Of a stretch of 64,000 bases of DNA, positions 18,364 through 27,438 are shown piece after piece. The stretch's first letter is position 1. The number at the start of each line of letters is the position of its first letter. The notes beneath the pieces were generated by a model. It saw nothing but the letters and a program-made list of their open reading frames with translations. It did not search any database and was not told the origin of the DNA. The DNA lies in contig CAVVLG010000002.1 of NCBI GenBank assembly GCA_963749085.1, positions 83,178-147,177 of the forward strand, written 5' to 3'. The stretch is from Candidatus Adlerbacteria bacterium. GTDB lineage: Bacteria; Patescibacteriota; Minisyncoccia; Phycocordibacterales; SBAW01. The position numbers and the translations under genes were made by a program.

Positions 18364-19425
18364 GTGTCTCTGAAGAAAAAATCAAACGGAAAAGTCTTTG
18401 TGGGGCTTTCGGGTGGGGTGGACTCCGCGGTCTCTGCCGCGTTGCTTCAAAAAGAAGGCTACGAGGTGACCGGTGTCTTTATTCGCATCGCGCTCCCCGG
18501 CTATCCGTGCAGCGCGGGCGAGGATAAAATTGAAGCGCAACGCGCCGCAGCCCACTTGCGCATCCCGTTTATCGAGGTCGATCTATCGAAGGAATATGAG
18601 CAAGAAGTGTTTCGCACGACGCTCGATGAGTTTTCACGCGGTACAACACCCAACCCAGATACACTGTGCAACCAGAAAATAAAATTTGGTCATTTTTGGG
18701 AGTTCGCAAAATCCCGCGGAGCCGAGTATATAGCCACGGGCCATTACGCTCAGATAAAGAATGGGGAGCTTTTTGAGGGAGTGGATGAAGAAAAAGACCA
18801 ATCGTATTTTTTGTGGATGGTACCCGAGGAAGTCCTTCGTTACACACTGTTTCCGGTCGGACATCTGAAAAAATCGGAGGTGCGTACGCGTGCGGAAACA
18901 CTCGGTTTGCCGAATGCTACGCGAAAAGATTCCCAGGGCCTCTGCTTTCTCGGCGACACCTCAATTCAGAATATGCTGAGGAAAGAACTCTCCCCCCAGC
19001 CAGGTCAAGCGTTTGATGAGGAGGATGTGGTCGTCGGCTCGCACAATGGCGCCATGCTCTACACTCTCGGGCAGCGACATGGCTTCGCGCTTTTTTCTCA
19101 TACGCCGACGACGCCTCCGCATTTTGTCGTGGCAAAAGATGCGGCCCACAATAGCATTACCGTTTCAACATCGCGCGTCCCGCGTCACGCCAAAAAAACA
19201 GAAATCATCCTTTCCGATACAAATTGGATAGGGAAGGTGGTATCGGGGATCTATGCCGCTCGCTTTCGCTATCGTGCCGCACTCATACCGGCTCATGTGG
19301 CTGTTGAGACCAACACCGTCGTGCTTGAGGAGGCGCAGTACGTGCCCGAGGGGCAATCGCTCGTGCTCTACCGCGGCAAGCGCTGCCTCGGCGGCGGCAT
19401 CATTGAGAGAGCTTTGCTGCTATAA
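18364..19425 (+). CDS. mnmA: tRNA-specific 2-thiouridylase MnmA
   Basis: PP-loop KVFVGLSGGVDSAVSAALL plus C-terminal domains. A GTG start gives the N-terminus MSLKKKSNGKVFVGLSGGVDS. The track start at 18292 is a TTG. Confidence 0.85.
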   Translation: MSLKKKSNGKVFVGLSGGVDSAVSAALLQKEGYEVTGVFIRIALPGYPCSAGEDKIEAQRAAAHLRIPFIEVDLSKEYEQEVFRTTLDEFSRGTTPNPDTLCNQKIKFGHFWEFAKSRGAEYIATGHYAQIKNGELFEGVDEEKDQSYFLWMVPEEVLRYTLFPVGHLKKSEVRTRAETLGLPNATRKDSQGLCFLGDTSIQNMLRKELSPQPGQAFDEEDVVVGSHNGAMLYTLGQRHGFALFSHTPTTPPHFVVAKDAAHNSITVSTSRVPRHAKKTEIILSDTNWIGKVVSGIYAARFRYRAALIPAHVAVETNTVVLEEAQYVPEGQSLVLYRGKRCLGGGIIERALLL

Positions 19426-19434
19426 TTCTCAGCA

Positions 19435-20241
19435 ATGTCTATCCGCATAGCAAAGTCCGACGGCACAAGCCAAGAGTATCAACCGCAAAAACTTATTTCT
19501 TCTTTGGAGCGCTCTGGGGCTGAAAAGGAGGCCGCCGAGCGTATTGAGAGAGAAATAGAAAAGGAACTCTATGACGGCATTACCACGCAAGAAATCTACA
19601 GCCACGCCTTTTCTCGTTTAGGGAGCGAGCGCAGAGGTACTGCGGCGCGCTATTCGCTGAAGCGAGCAGTGTTGCAGTTTGGTCCTTCTGGTTTCCCCTT
19701 CGAGTCCTACATTGCAGAACTATTTCGTGCCGAAGGATACGAGGCGAAAGTTGATCAAATCATCAAGGGCAAATGCGTCGAACATGAAGTCGACGTGGTT
19801 GCCACGAAAGGGGGGCAGACGGTCTATGTGGAGGCGAAATTCCATAATACGCCGGGCTTCAAGAGTGACCTGCAAACCGTGCTCTACGTTGAGGCGCGGG
19901 TCGAAGACATCGGCGGCAAGGGTCTTGTGGTCACCAACACCAAATTTACCGACAAGGCCATCCAATATGCGCAATGCCGGGGGTTGGAGCTCCTCGCATG
20001 GGATTATCCACACGGAGCCACCCTCCACGACCGCATAGACCGCTCGGGAGTCTACCCCGTCACCGCCCTCACCACACTCTCAAAGCGCGAAAAAATGGCT
20101 CTGCTAGCTGAGCGGAAGGTCCTGTGCACGGCGCTACCGGGCGAGACGGATGTGCTTAGCCGGGCGGGAGTATCCGGCAAAAAGGCTCAGGCGGTATTAG
20201 AGGAAGCGGGCGCATTGTGCGTTCCCGGGAGAGATATATGA
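19435..20241 (+). CDS. ATP-cone domain protein fused to an Mrr-like (PD-(D/E)xK) restriction-endonuclease catalytic domain
   Basis: N-terminus IRIAKSDGTSQEYQPQKLISSLERSG...ITTQEIYSHAF is an ATP-cone. HEVDVVATKGGQTVYVEAKFH is a D...ExK core. Confidence 0.65.
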   Translation: MSIRIAKSDGTSQEYQPQKLISSLERSGAEKEAAERIEREIEKELYDGITTQEIYSHAFSRLGSERRGTAARYSLKRAVLQFGPSGFPFESYIAELFRAEGYEAKVDQIIKGKCVEHEVDVVATKGGQTVYVEAKFHNTPGFKSDLQTVLYVEARVEDIGGKGLVVTNTKFTDKAIQYAQCRGLELLAWDYPHGATLHDRIDRSGVYPVTALTTLSKREKMALLAERKVLCTALPGETDVLSRAGVSGKKAQAVLEEAGALCVPGRDI

Positions 20242-20280
20242 TAGGGGAGTACCCTATTATTTCATAACTCAGATCGCCGT

Positions 20281-20919
20281 ATGCAACCCAATCAGAATCC
20301 GCAGGGTCAGAATTCGCAGAACTCTCAGAATAAGCCGTCCCTTTCCTGGTCGCAGCCAACCGCTCCTAAAGTCGTCACCCCGAGTACACCCAAGGGACCG
20401 GATAGCACATCGAACACCGGCACCTACGCCGGCGTCTTTATCGGCGGCCTTATCGTCGGTGCGCTGCTGGGCTGGGGCGTTACTGATTTACATCAAGGAA
20501 GCTCAGAGGTGTCTATGAGCACGGGAAGCACCACCATGATGGACATGTCTTCAACTTCAGCTTCCACCATAAATCTTGCCGGCTCCATGGTTGGCGGGAC
20601 CTCCCTTGCAGTCGCCACGCAACCGGCAGGCTATTCTGTAGCGGTCTCGGGCGTCGACGTCACAGAGCCTACCTGGGTCGTTGTCTATGACGACAACAAT
20701 GGCGCCCCGGGCAACGCGCTCGGAGCGGGTCTGTTCTACCCTACCGCCATGGGAGGCACGACGAGCAGCAACATGCCACTCCTGCGTGCCACACTCCCGA
20801 ACACCAACTATCTGGTAGGGGAGAGTATCGACAACGGGACCCACCAATTCTCTCTGAAGGACAAGCAAGTGCTCGACACCTCTGGAAGTCCACTGTGGGT
20901 GACCTTCCAAACCAACTAA
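20281..20919 (+). CDS. hypothetical bitopic protein with a Q/N/S-rich N-terminus, one TM and an extracytoplasmic domain
   Basis: Low-complexity N-terminus, TM segment VFIGGLIVGALLGWGV, no known motif. Confidence 0.5.
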   Translation: MQPNQNPQGQNSQNSQNKPSLSWSQPTAPKVVTPSTPKGPDSTSNTGTYAGVFIGGLIVGALLGWGVTDLHQGSSEVSMSTGSTTMMDMSSTSASTINLAGSMVGGTSLAVATQPAGYSVAVSGVDVTEPTWVVVYDDNNGAPGNALGAGLFYPTAMGGTTSSNMPLLRATLPNTNYLVGESIDNGTHQFSLKDKQVLDTSGSPLWVTFQTN

Positions 20920-20921
20920 GC

Positions 20922-21407
20922 ATGATGCTCCACGTAGCTTCGCACTGGAATGGCTCGCTCTTCTTTCAATTGGCGTTCACGTGGCGTCTCCTTATTGCGG
21001 CGATTCTCGGCACTCTTCTGGGACTTGAGCGCTCCATTGCCGGCAAGCATGCGGGCATGCGTACCTATGCGTTGGTGTCCTTAGGCTCGTGTCTCTTCGT
21101 GGTCATGGGCACTATCGCGAGTTTGGAGTTGGGTGGTCTTTTCTCGGGGCTTAATCCGCTCCAAATAGCGTCCTCGGTCGTGCTCGGCATCGGATTCATC
21201 GGAGCGGGTCTCACCGCCTTTCGCGGCGAGCGCCCTGAGCTCACCACGGCGACCGGTACGTGGGTTGCCGCGGGTATCGGCATGGCGTGCGGTTTCGGCT
21301 CCTACATCATTGCGTTTGCCGCCACGGTCATCGCTATTCTCATTTTTTCCACACTCCTTAAACTGGAAAATTTCATTCGCGCGCGCTACGGCAAGGAGGA
21401 AGAATAG
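20922..21407 (+). CDS. MgtC/SapB-family membrane protein
   Basis: LLIAAILGTLLGLERSIAGKHAGMRTYALV...GIGFIGAGLTAFRGER...ATGTWVAAGIGMACGFGSY. Start at the ATG directly after the upstream stop. Confidence 0.8.
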   Translation: MMLHVASHWNGSLFFQLAFTWRLLIAAILGTLLGLERSIAGKHAGMRTYALVSLGSCLFVVMGTIASLELGGLFSGLNPLQIASSVVLGIGFIGAGLTAFRGERPELTTATGTWVAAGIGMACGFGSYIIAFAATVIAILIFSTLLKLENFIRARYGKEEE

Positions 21408-21428
21408 CGTCAATGATATACTGGCTTT

Positions 21429-22262
21429 ATGAGCCGGTATTACAAGCCCAACCGAAAACCGGACTGGAACTACGGCGGTTCGAGTTTTCGTCTCTCGCGC
21501 TCCAAAATCGGACTCTTTTTGGAGTGTCCGCGGTGTTTTTACCTCGACAACAAACTCGGGGTCGCCCGACCGCCTGGTTTTCCATTTAGTCTCAATTCGG
21601 CCGTCGATGTGCTCTTTAAAAAAGAATTCGATGTGCATCGAAAAAAAGGCTCGCCTCACCCGCTCATGGTCGAGTATGACCTTGAGGCGGTACCGTTCTC
21701 ACACCCGGACCTAGACGTGTGGCGCGAAAATTTCAAAGGCGTTGAGGTCAAGCATCAGGCAACCGGCTTTGTTGTTTCAGGTGCGCTTGACGATGTGTGG
21801 GTCAACAAAAAAGGCGAGCTTATCGTGGTCGACTACAAATCGACGAGCAAAGATCGGAAAATAGATAGCCTCAACGAGCCCTGGCAGGACGGGTATAAGC
21901 GCCAAATGGAGGTGTATCAGTGGCTGCTGCGGGAGCGCGGGTTTAACGTTTCCAACACCGGCTATTTCGTATACGCCAACGCTTCAAAGGAAGAAGAATC
22001 CTTCGGCGGGAGACTTCTCTTTGAAGTGACGCTCGTTCCATATATCGGCTCAAGCAAATGGGTGGAGGGAGCACTGCGCGCTATCAAGGAGTGTCTCGAT
22101 GGCGAGAAGCTGCCGGCGAGCGCCGCGGAATGCGATTATTGCAGTTATCGGCATGCCGCTGAAACCGTACTCGCTCGGTTTTCACTAGCGCCTTTGAAAA
22201 AGTCGACGAGAAGAAAGGCTGAAAAAAAAATTACGAAAAAAATATCACAGTCTCTTTTTTAA
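21429..22262 (+). CDS. Cas4-like / DUF83 PD-(D/E)xK nuclease with a predicted 4-Cys cluster
   Basis: N-terminal CPRCFYL, D..ELIVVDYKST core, YKRQMEVYQWLL (QxxxY), C-terminal CDYCSY. No CRISPR array anywhere in the window. Confidence 0.7.
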   Translation: MSRYYKPNRKPDWNYGGSSFRLSRSKIGLFLECPRCFYLDNKLGVARPPGFPFSLNSAVDVLFKKEFDVHRKKGSPHPLMVEYDLEAVPFSHPDLDVWRENFKGVEVKHQATGFVVSGALDDVWVNKKGELIVVDYKSTSKDRKIDSLNEPWQDGYKRQMEVYQWLLRERGFNVSNTGYFVYANASKEEESFGGRLLFEVTLVPYIGSSKWVEGALRAIKECLDGEKLPASAAECDYCSYRHAAETVLARFSLAPLKKSTRRKAEKKITKKISQSLF

Positions 22263-22263
22263 T

Positions 22264-22524
22264 ATGCAGAAAGAATTCAGCAAGAAAGTATATGCGATTG
22301 TGGCAAAGATTCCTAAAGGAAAAACTATGACGTATAAGCAAGTTGCCACGAAAGCGGGCAATCCGCACGCCGCGCGCGCGGTAGGGATGCTCATGTCGAG
22401 AAACTACAACCCGAAAATTCCGTGCCATCGTGTGGTGCGGTCCGACGGCAAGGAAAGCGGCTACAACCAAGGCGGCTGGGCACGGAAGCGGAAGCGTTTA
22501 CGAGAAGAGGGAGTTATGGTATAG
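22264..22524 (+). CDS. methylated-DNA--protein-cysteine methyltransferase (MGMT/Ogt) DNA-binding-domain protein, short single-domain form
   Basis: 86 aa with the active-site motif IPCHRVV and the helix-turn-helix of the Ogt C-terminal domain. Confidence 0.75.
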   Translation: MQKEFSKKVYAIVAKIPKGKTMTYKQVATKAGNPHAARAVGMLMSRNYNPKIPCHRVVRSDGKESGYNQGGWARKRKRLREEGVMV

Positions 22525-22565
22525 TGTGCCATGGACGTTACGCAAACATCAGCGAGGACTGAACA

Positions 22566-22802
22566 ATGAAGCTTACTTACTGGTTGCTGCTTTTTGCAGC
22601 CGCGATTGCGCTCGCAGTATGGGCACTGTGCCACAATGGCTGGGTGCTTTCGGGGCTCGTTTTGTTGCTTGTCTGCATCGTCATTGCAGTAGTGTATCTC
22701 GTTCTGGCGACGATAACGCAGCCTGCAAATCTCCATGATCTGTTCGGCGGTCAACGGCCGCTATACCTCGAGGGGATGCGCCGTGAAAAAATTTCTGTTT
22801 GA
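22566..22802 (+). CDS. small hypothetical membrane protein (78 aa, 2 TM)
   Basis: GAGGA Shine-Dalgarno 7 nt upstream. Hydrophobic throughout. Confidence 0.45.
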   Translation: MKLTYWLLLFAAAIALAVWALCHNGWVLSGLVLLLVCIVIAVVYLVLATITQPANLHDLFGGQRPLYLEGMRREKISV

Positions 22803-22878
22803 CTGGATCAATCGCATTCTCGATGTGTTTGATCCCGATTACACGGGCTTTGGGTGGAACTAAGCCCGTCCTTCTACC

Positions 22879-22912
22879 GCGACCTTCGGCTCAACGCCGG
22901 GGTCGTTTTTTT
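22879..22912 (+). terminator. rho-independent terminator (stem cgacc/ggtcg with a structured loop, then T7). A second perfect 8-bp hairpin lies at 22843-22869.
   Basis: GC hairpin followed by ttttttt just upstream of ung. Confidence 0.6.
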
Positions 22913-22926
22913 GTATACTCTCAGGT

Positions 22927-23592
22927 ATGGAGGTAAAAATAGATCCTTTGTGGAAGGAAGTTCTGAAGGATGAATTTGGCAAAGACTATTTTAAAACTCT
23001 TGCGAAGTTTGTACGTAGTGAATATAAACACGCCATTGTGTATCCACCGCCCAAGGATATATTCCGCGCGTTTAATCTCTGCCCGTTCGACAAAGTCAAA
23101 GTCGTGATTCTCGGTCAAGATCCCTATCACGGCCCAGGGCAGGCCAATGGCCTGTGCTTTGCGGTGGGGGAGAAGGTGCCGCTGCCGCCGTCGCTACAAA
23201 ATATTTTTAAAGAAATTGAACACGATCTTGGACAACCGCTCATGCACAAAAGCGGGGATCTCGAACGATGGGCGAAGCAAGGCGTACTTCTTTTGAACGC
23301 GACTCTTACGGTACGGGCCCACAAGGCCGGTTCGCATCAACACAAGGGGTGGGAGGAATTTACCGATGCGGTCATCCGAAACCTTGCGGAGCGCCGCGAG
23401 CATTTAGTGTTTATTTTATGGGGCAATTATGCCAAACAAAAAGGTGTGCAGATCGACCGGAGCAAACATTTAGTGATAGAATCCGCGCATCCCTCTCCGT
23501 TCTCCGCGATGAAGTTTTTCGGCTCAAAGCCGTTCAGCAAAGCAAACACGTATCTAAAGGAACACCATGAAAAGCCGATAGACTGGCTCTAA
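22927..23592 (+). CDS. ung: uracil-DNA glycosylase (family 1)
   Basis: VVILGQDPYHGPGQANGLCFAV and HPSPFSA motifs. Confidence 0.93.
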   Translation: MEVKIDPLWKEVLKDEFGKDYFKTLAKFVRSEYKHAIVYPPPKDIFRAFNLCPFDKVKVVILGQDPYHGPGQANGLCFAVGEKVPLPPSLQNIFKEIEHDLGQPLMHKSGDLERWAKQGVLLLNATLTVRAHKAGSHQHKGWEEFTDAVIRNLAERREHLVFILWGNYAKQKGVQIDRSKHLVIESAHPSPFSAMKFFGSKPFSKANTYLKEHHEKPIDWL

Positions 23593-23593
23593 C

Positions 23594-25567
23594 CTACCAA
23601 ATGTGTGCACGCTGTGCGGGAGGGCGATAGAGTTTGTTTTTTTTCGTAACGTCGAACGCCTTATAGAAGGGAGGAAAATTGGCGAGAGGTCCGTTTATCC
23701 GCGCCGGCGCGGGTGAGTGGACATCCACGAGGGCTATCGTTTTAGAATATTCCTCCCGCGTAAGCTCCTGCTCACTTTGAGCAAATCCTAAAAAGAACCG
23801 TTCCTCCGGAGAAAACCCCCCGATGTCTTTTTTGGAAGTTTTGGCGAGATGTTTTTGGTAGGCATCATAGGCAATAGCGACTCCGCCCAGATCCGCAATA
23901 TTCTCCCCTAGCGTTAGCTGGCCATTCACAGCCACGCCGCCCGCCGCGATGTAACGGTTGTACTGCTCCACCAGTATGTCTGCCTTCCGCATGAATTTTT
24001 TTCTATCTTGAGTAGTCCACCACAGATGCATATTACCGTTGCCGTCGAACTTCGATCCCTGATCATCAAATCCGTGAGTCATTTCGTGGCCGATGACGGC
24101 TCCGATTCCCCCGTAATTAACTGCCGCATCCGCGCGCGGGTCAAAGAACGGCCATTGCAGTATGGCGGCGGGGAAGACGATTTCATTGAGATTGAAATTG
24201 CAATAGGCGTTCACTGTTTGGGGAGTCATGTGCCACTCGCCCCGGTCGACCCGCTTGCGTAACTTCCGCATAGCTCGTCGGTGTTCAAAGACGCTTGAGC
24301 GCTTGATATTGCCGAAAAAATCATCCGGCTTGATGCGGAGCCCTTGGTATGTCTTCCATTTTTTTGGATACCCTATTTTGCGGCTCATCATGCGCAATTT
24401 TGTGACGGCTTTGCGTTTGGTTGGCGCGCTCATCCAACTCAGTTTTTTGATGCGTTCCTCGTACGCATCAAAGAGGTCGCTCACGAGTGCGTCCATGGCG
24501 ACCTTGGCGCTTTTGGAAAAAAAAGCTTTCACATAGAGTTGACCCACCGCTTCGCCGACGGTCGCGTTGGTGGCCCCCAGCGCGCGGCGCCATAGTGCGC
24601 GCATTTTTTTGCTCCCAGTGAGGATTTTGTAGAAATTGAAATTGGCGCGAACGAACTTCTCCGACAACAACGACGAGGAATCATTGATGAGATGCCACTC
24701 TAAATAGATTTTTAGATCGTCCAGCGGGCGATGTTTCAAAAGGCCATTGATGTCCTTAAAAAAATCCGGTTGGCCGATGATAACTGCCGCGAGCTTCTGT
24801 GCTCCGGTATGGGCAAAGTACTTCTTCCACGGGATATCGGGGGAGAGGCGCAGCAACTCCGCGATCGTTTTTTTATGGTAAGTCTTTTCCGCGTCGCGGG
24901 TGTCCTCTTTGCGCATGGAAGCCTTCGCCAGCGACGTTTCGATATCCAAAACTATCTTTACCATGCGTTCAATACGGATTTTATCTACGTTGACGAGTTT
25001 TAAGATAGTTCTGATATGAGCGACGTATGCCTCCCGCACCCGTTTTTGCTCCGGTTTGTTCTCGAGGTAATAGTCGCGGTCGGGCAACCCCAATCCTCCT
25101 TGCCATAGATGCAGGCGATAGACGCTGCTGTCTTTGGAATCCTGATCAATAAAGGTTGCCCAAAAACCCGAAACACCGAGGACATGAAATTTCGCGATAA
25201 GGTCAAAAAGATCTTGACGGGTAAGCACCTTTTCCACCATAGCGCGCCACTCCGCAAGCGGTTTGATGCCGAGCGCATCTCGTCGCTTCATGTCGCATGC
25301 CGAGCGGAACATGTCGGCGACCAATTGCCTTGGACTGCCGGCACGGTAGTGTTTTTTTTGTAAAATCTTTGCAACCAGCGTATGGAGTTGTTGCTCCGTC
25401 CTATAGCGCAATATGGTGAATGAACCCCATCGAGGCTCCTCGGGAGGAATGTGGGCGCGCTTCAGCCAGCCGCCGTTGGCGTAGTGATAGAAATCGTCTT
25501 GCGGTCGCACCGATCGGTCGATATTTTTCGTGTCAAAACCCCAGTATTTTTTTGCCTTTTTGCGCAT
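23594..25567 (-). CDS. M13-family zinc metalloendopeptidase (neprilysin/PepO-like)
   Basis: HEXXH (VIGHEMTHGFDDQG) and GENIADLGG motifs. 657 aa. Confidence 0.9.
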   Translation of the reverse strand: MRKKAKKYWGFDTKNIDRSVRPQDDFYHYANGGWLKRAHIPPEEPRWGSFTILRYRTEQQLHTLVAKILQKKHYRAGSPRQLVADMFRSACDMKRRDALGIKPLAEWRAMVEKVLTRQDLFDLIAKFHVLGVSGFWATFIDQDSKDSSVYRLHLWQGGLGLPDRDYYLENKPEQKRVREAYVAHIRTILKLVNVDKIRIERMVKIVLDIETSLAKASMRKEDTRDAEKTYHKKTIAELLRLSPDIPWKKYFAHTGAQKLAAVIIGQPDFFKDINGLLKHRPLDDLKIYLEWHLINDSSSLLSEKFVRANFNFYKILTGSKKMRALWRRALGATNATVGEAVGQLYVKAFFSKSAKVAMDALVSDLFDAYEERIKKLSWMSAPTKRKAVTKLRMMSRKIGYPKKWKTYQGLRIKPDDFFGNIKRSSVFEHRRAMRKLRKRVDRGEWHMTPQTVNAYCNFNLNEIVFPAAILQWPFFDPRADAAVNYGGIGAVIGHEMTHGFDDQGSKFDGNGNMHLWWTTQDRKKFMRKADILVEQYNRYIAAGGVAVNGQLTLGENIADLGGVAIAYDAYQKHLAKTSKKDIGGFSPEERFFLGFAQSEQELTREEYSKTIALVDVHSPAPARINGPLANFPPFYKAFDVTKKNKLYRPPAQRAHIW

Positions 25568-25588
25568 ACGATTGTACTCTAACAGACA

Positions 25589-27406
25589 ATGACCTTAAAC
25601 GAAATTCGTTCTGCATACCTGGAATTTTTTAAGGAGCGGGGGCACACCATCATTCCTTCTTCCTCCCTCGTGCCGCACAACGATCCGACGACGCTCTTCA
25701 CCGGCTCGGGTATGCAGCCGCTGATCCCGTACTTATTAGGCAAGAATCATCCGGAGGGCACGCGCTTAGTTGATTCGCAAAAGTGCTTTCGTGCCATGGA
25801 TATTGAAGAAATAGGCGACAACCGGCATACCACCTTCTTTGAGATGCTCGGCAACTGGTCGCTCGGCGATTATTTCAAAAAAGAGCAGCTGTTGTGGTTT
25901 TTCGAATTTTTGACGAAGGAAGTAGGCATTCCAGCCGAGAGATTATGGGTCACGTGCTTTGAAGGGGATGTGGCGCTCAATCTTCCCAAGGATACCGAGT
26001 CGGCGGAGATTTGGAGGAGCCTAGGCATACCTAAAAATCGCATCCGCTTTTACGATTCGAAGAAAAATTGGTGGTCCCGTTCGGGTGAGCCTGGACAGAT
26101 GCCGGCAGGCGAGCCGGGAGGCCCAGACTCTGAAGTCTTCTATGAATTTACCGAGGTTGCGCATGACACAACATTCGGCCCCGAGTGTCACCCCAACTGC
26201 GACTGTGGACGGTTTCTTGAAATAGGGAACTCGGTCTTTATGCAATATATAAAGAAGGAAGACGGCTCCTTCGGCCTTTTGCCTAAACAGAACGTCGATT
26301 TCGGCGGTGGACTCGAGCGCATCGCCGCCGTGTCACAGAATACGGATGATATTTTTCTAGTGGCGCATGCTCCCCTCATTGCGCATCTGGAAAAATCGTC
26401 CATTAAACGCTACGGCATGAATCCTCAAGATACACGCTCGTTTCGTATCGTGGCCGATCATATGAAAGCGGCTATTTTTCTCATGGCGGACGGCGTATAC
26501 CCCTCAAACAGCGACAAGGGATATTTCGTGCGCCGACTGATTCGCCGTAGTGTGTTATTCGCCGACAAACTTGGCATCAAACCAAATCTTTTCGTTGCCT
26601 TGGTAGAACCGGTCGCCGACATATACAGGGGCGTCTATCCCGAACTTGCAAAGAAGGCTCCCGAGATTCAGACCCTGATTGTGGATGAAGAAGGAAAGTT
26701 TCGCCGAACGCTTGACCGCGGCATCAAAGAACTCTCTCGGTTCACTGAAAAAGGGGAAGTGTCGGCGCAGGACGCCTTTAAGCTCTTCACCACATACGGA
26801 TTTCCTCTGGAGCTCGTCATTGAAGAAGCGGGCTCAAAAGGCATCAAGCACATCGACATTGATGGATTTAAAGAATTATTGAGAGCACATCAGGAACTTT
26901 CCCGCGCCGGGAGCGAACAAAAATTTAAGGGCGGTCTCGCCGATACTGCACAGGCAACCGTGCGGTTACATACCGCGCACCACCTTCTCCTTAAGGCCTT
27001 GCAGCTGGTGCTTGGACCTGATGTGCACCAGCGCGGCAGCAATATCACGCAGGAACGTCTGCGCATCGACTTTACCTACGGGCGAAAGATGACGGAGGAG
27101 CAAAAAAAGGAGGTTGAGCGGATCGTGAATGAAAAAATTGCAGAAGATCTGCCGGTCGTCCGCACGGAGATGAGCCGGGAGGAGGCCGAGAAGCTTCACG
27201 CCGAGCACGAATTCGGTGCAAAATATTCTGAGCGTGTTTCAGTGTACTCCGTTGGTCCTCTCAACAATGCATTTTCAATTGAATTTTGCGGCGGCCCGCA
27301 CGTCACGCATACCGGAGAGCTCGAATTGGGCGACAAACGGTTTACTATTCAAAAGGAGGAAGCGGTCGCGCAGGGTATTCGACGCATCAAGGCTACACTT
27401 CAATAA
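25589..27406 (+). CDS. alaS: alanine--tRNA ligase, short form (catalytic plus editing domains, no C-terminal C-Ala/DHHA1 region)
   Basis: Class II AlaRS N-terminus FTGSGMQPLIPYLLG. Editing-site HTAHHLL and CGGPHV motifs. 605 aa. Confidence 0.88.
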   Translation: MTLNEIRSAYLEFFKERGHTIIPSSSLVPHNDPTTLFTGSGMQPLIPYLLGKNHPEGTRLVDSQKCFRAMDIEEIGDNRHTTFFEMLGNWSLGDYFKKEQLLWFFEFLTKEVGIPAERLWVTCFEGDVALNLPKDTESAEIWRSLGIPKNRIRFYDSKKNWWSRSGEPGQMPAGEPGGPDSEVFYEFTEVAHDTTFGPECHPNCDCGRFLEIGNSVFMQYIKKEDGSFGLLPKQNVDFGGGLERIAAVSQNTDDIFLVAHAPLIAHLEKSSIKRYGMNPQDTRSFRIVADHMKAAIFLMADGVYPSNSDKGYFVRRLIRRSVLFADKLGIKPNLFVALVEPVADIYRGVYPELAKKAPEIQTLIVDEEGKFRRTLDRGIKELSRFTEKGEVSAQDAFKLFTTYGFPLELVIEEAGSKGIKHIDIDGFKELLRAHQELSRAGSEQKFKGGLADTAQATVRLHTAHHLLLKALQLVLGPDVHQRGSNITQERLRIDFTYGRKMTEEQKKEVERIVNEKIAEDLPVVRTEMSREEAEKLHAEHEFGAKYSERVSVYSVGPLNNAFSIEFCGGPHVTHTGELELGDKRFTIQKEEAVAQGIRRIKATLQ

Positions 27407-27438
27407 TTTTGGCTTCCAAAGTGCGCTATACTTTACGC

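Noticed and set aside
22461-22754. 97-aa minus-strand ORF with a CPYCERNRGC motif overlapping the 78-aa + strand membrane ORF
   Set aside because: The + strand ORF has a GAGGA Shine-Dalgarno sequence and runs in the same direction as the operon. The minus ORF has no start signals. Neither is strongly supported.
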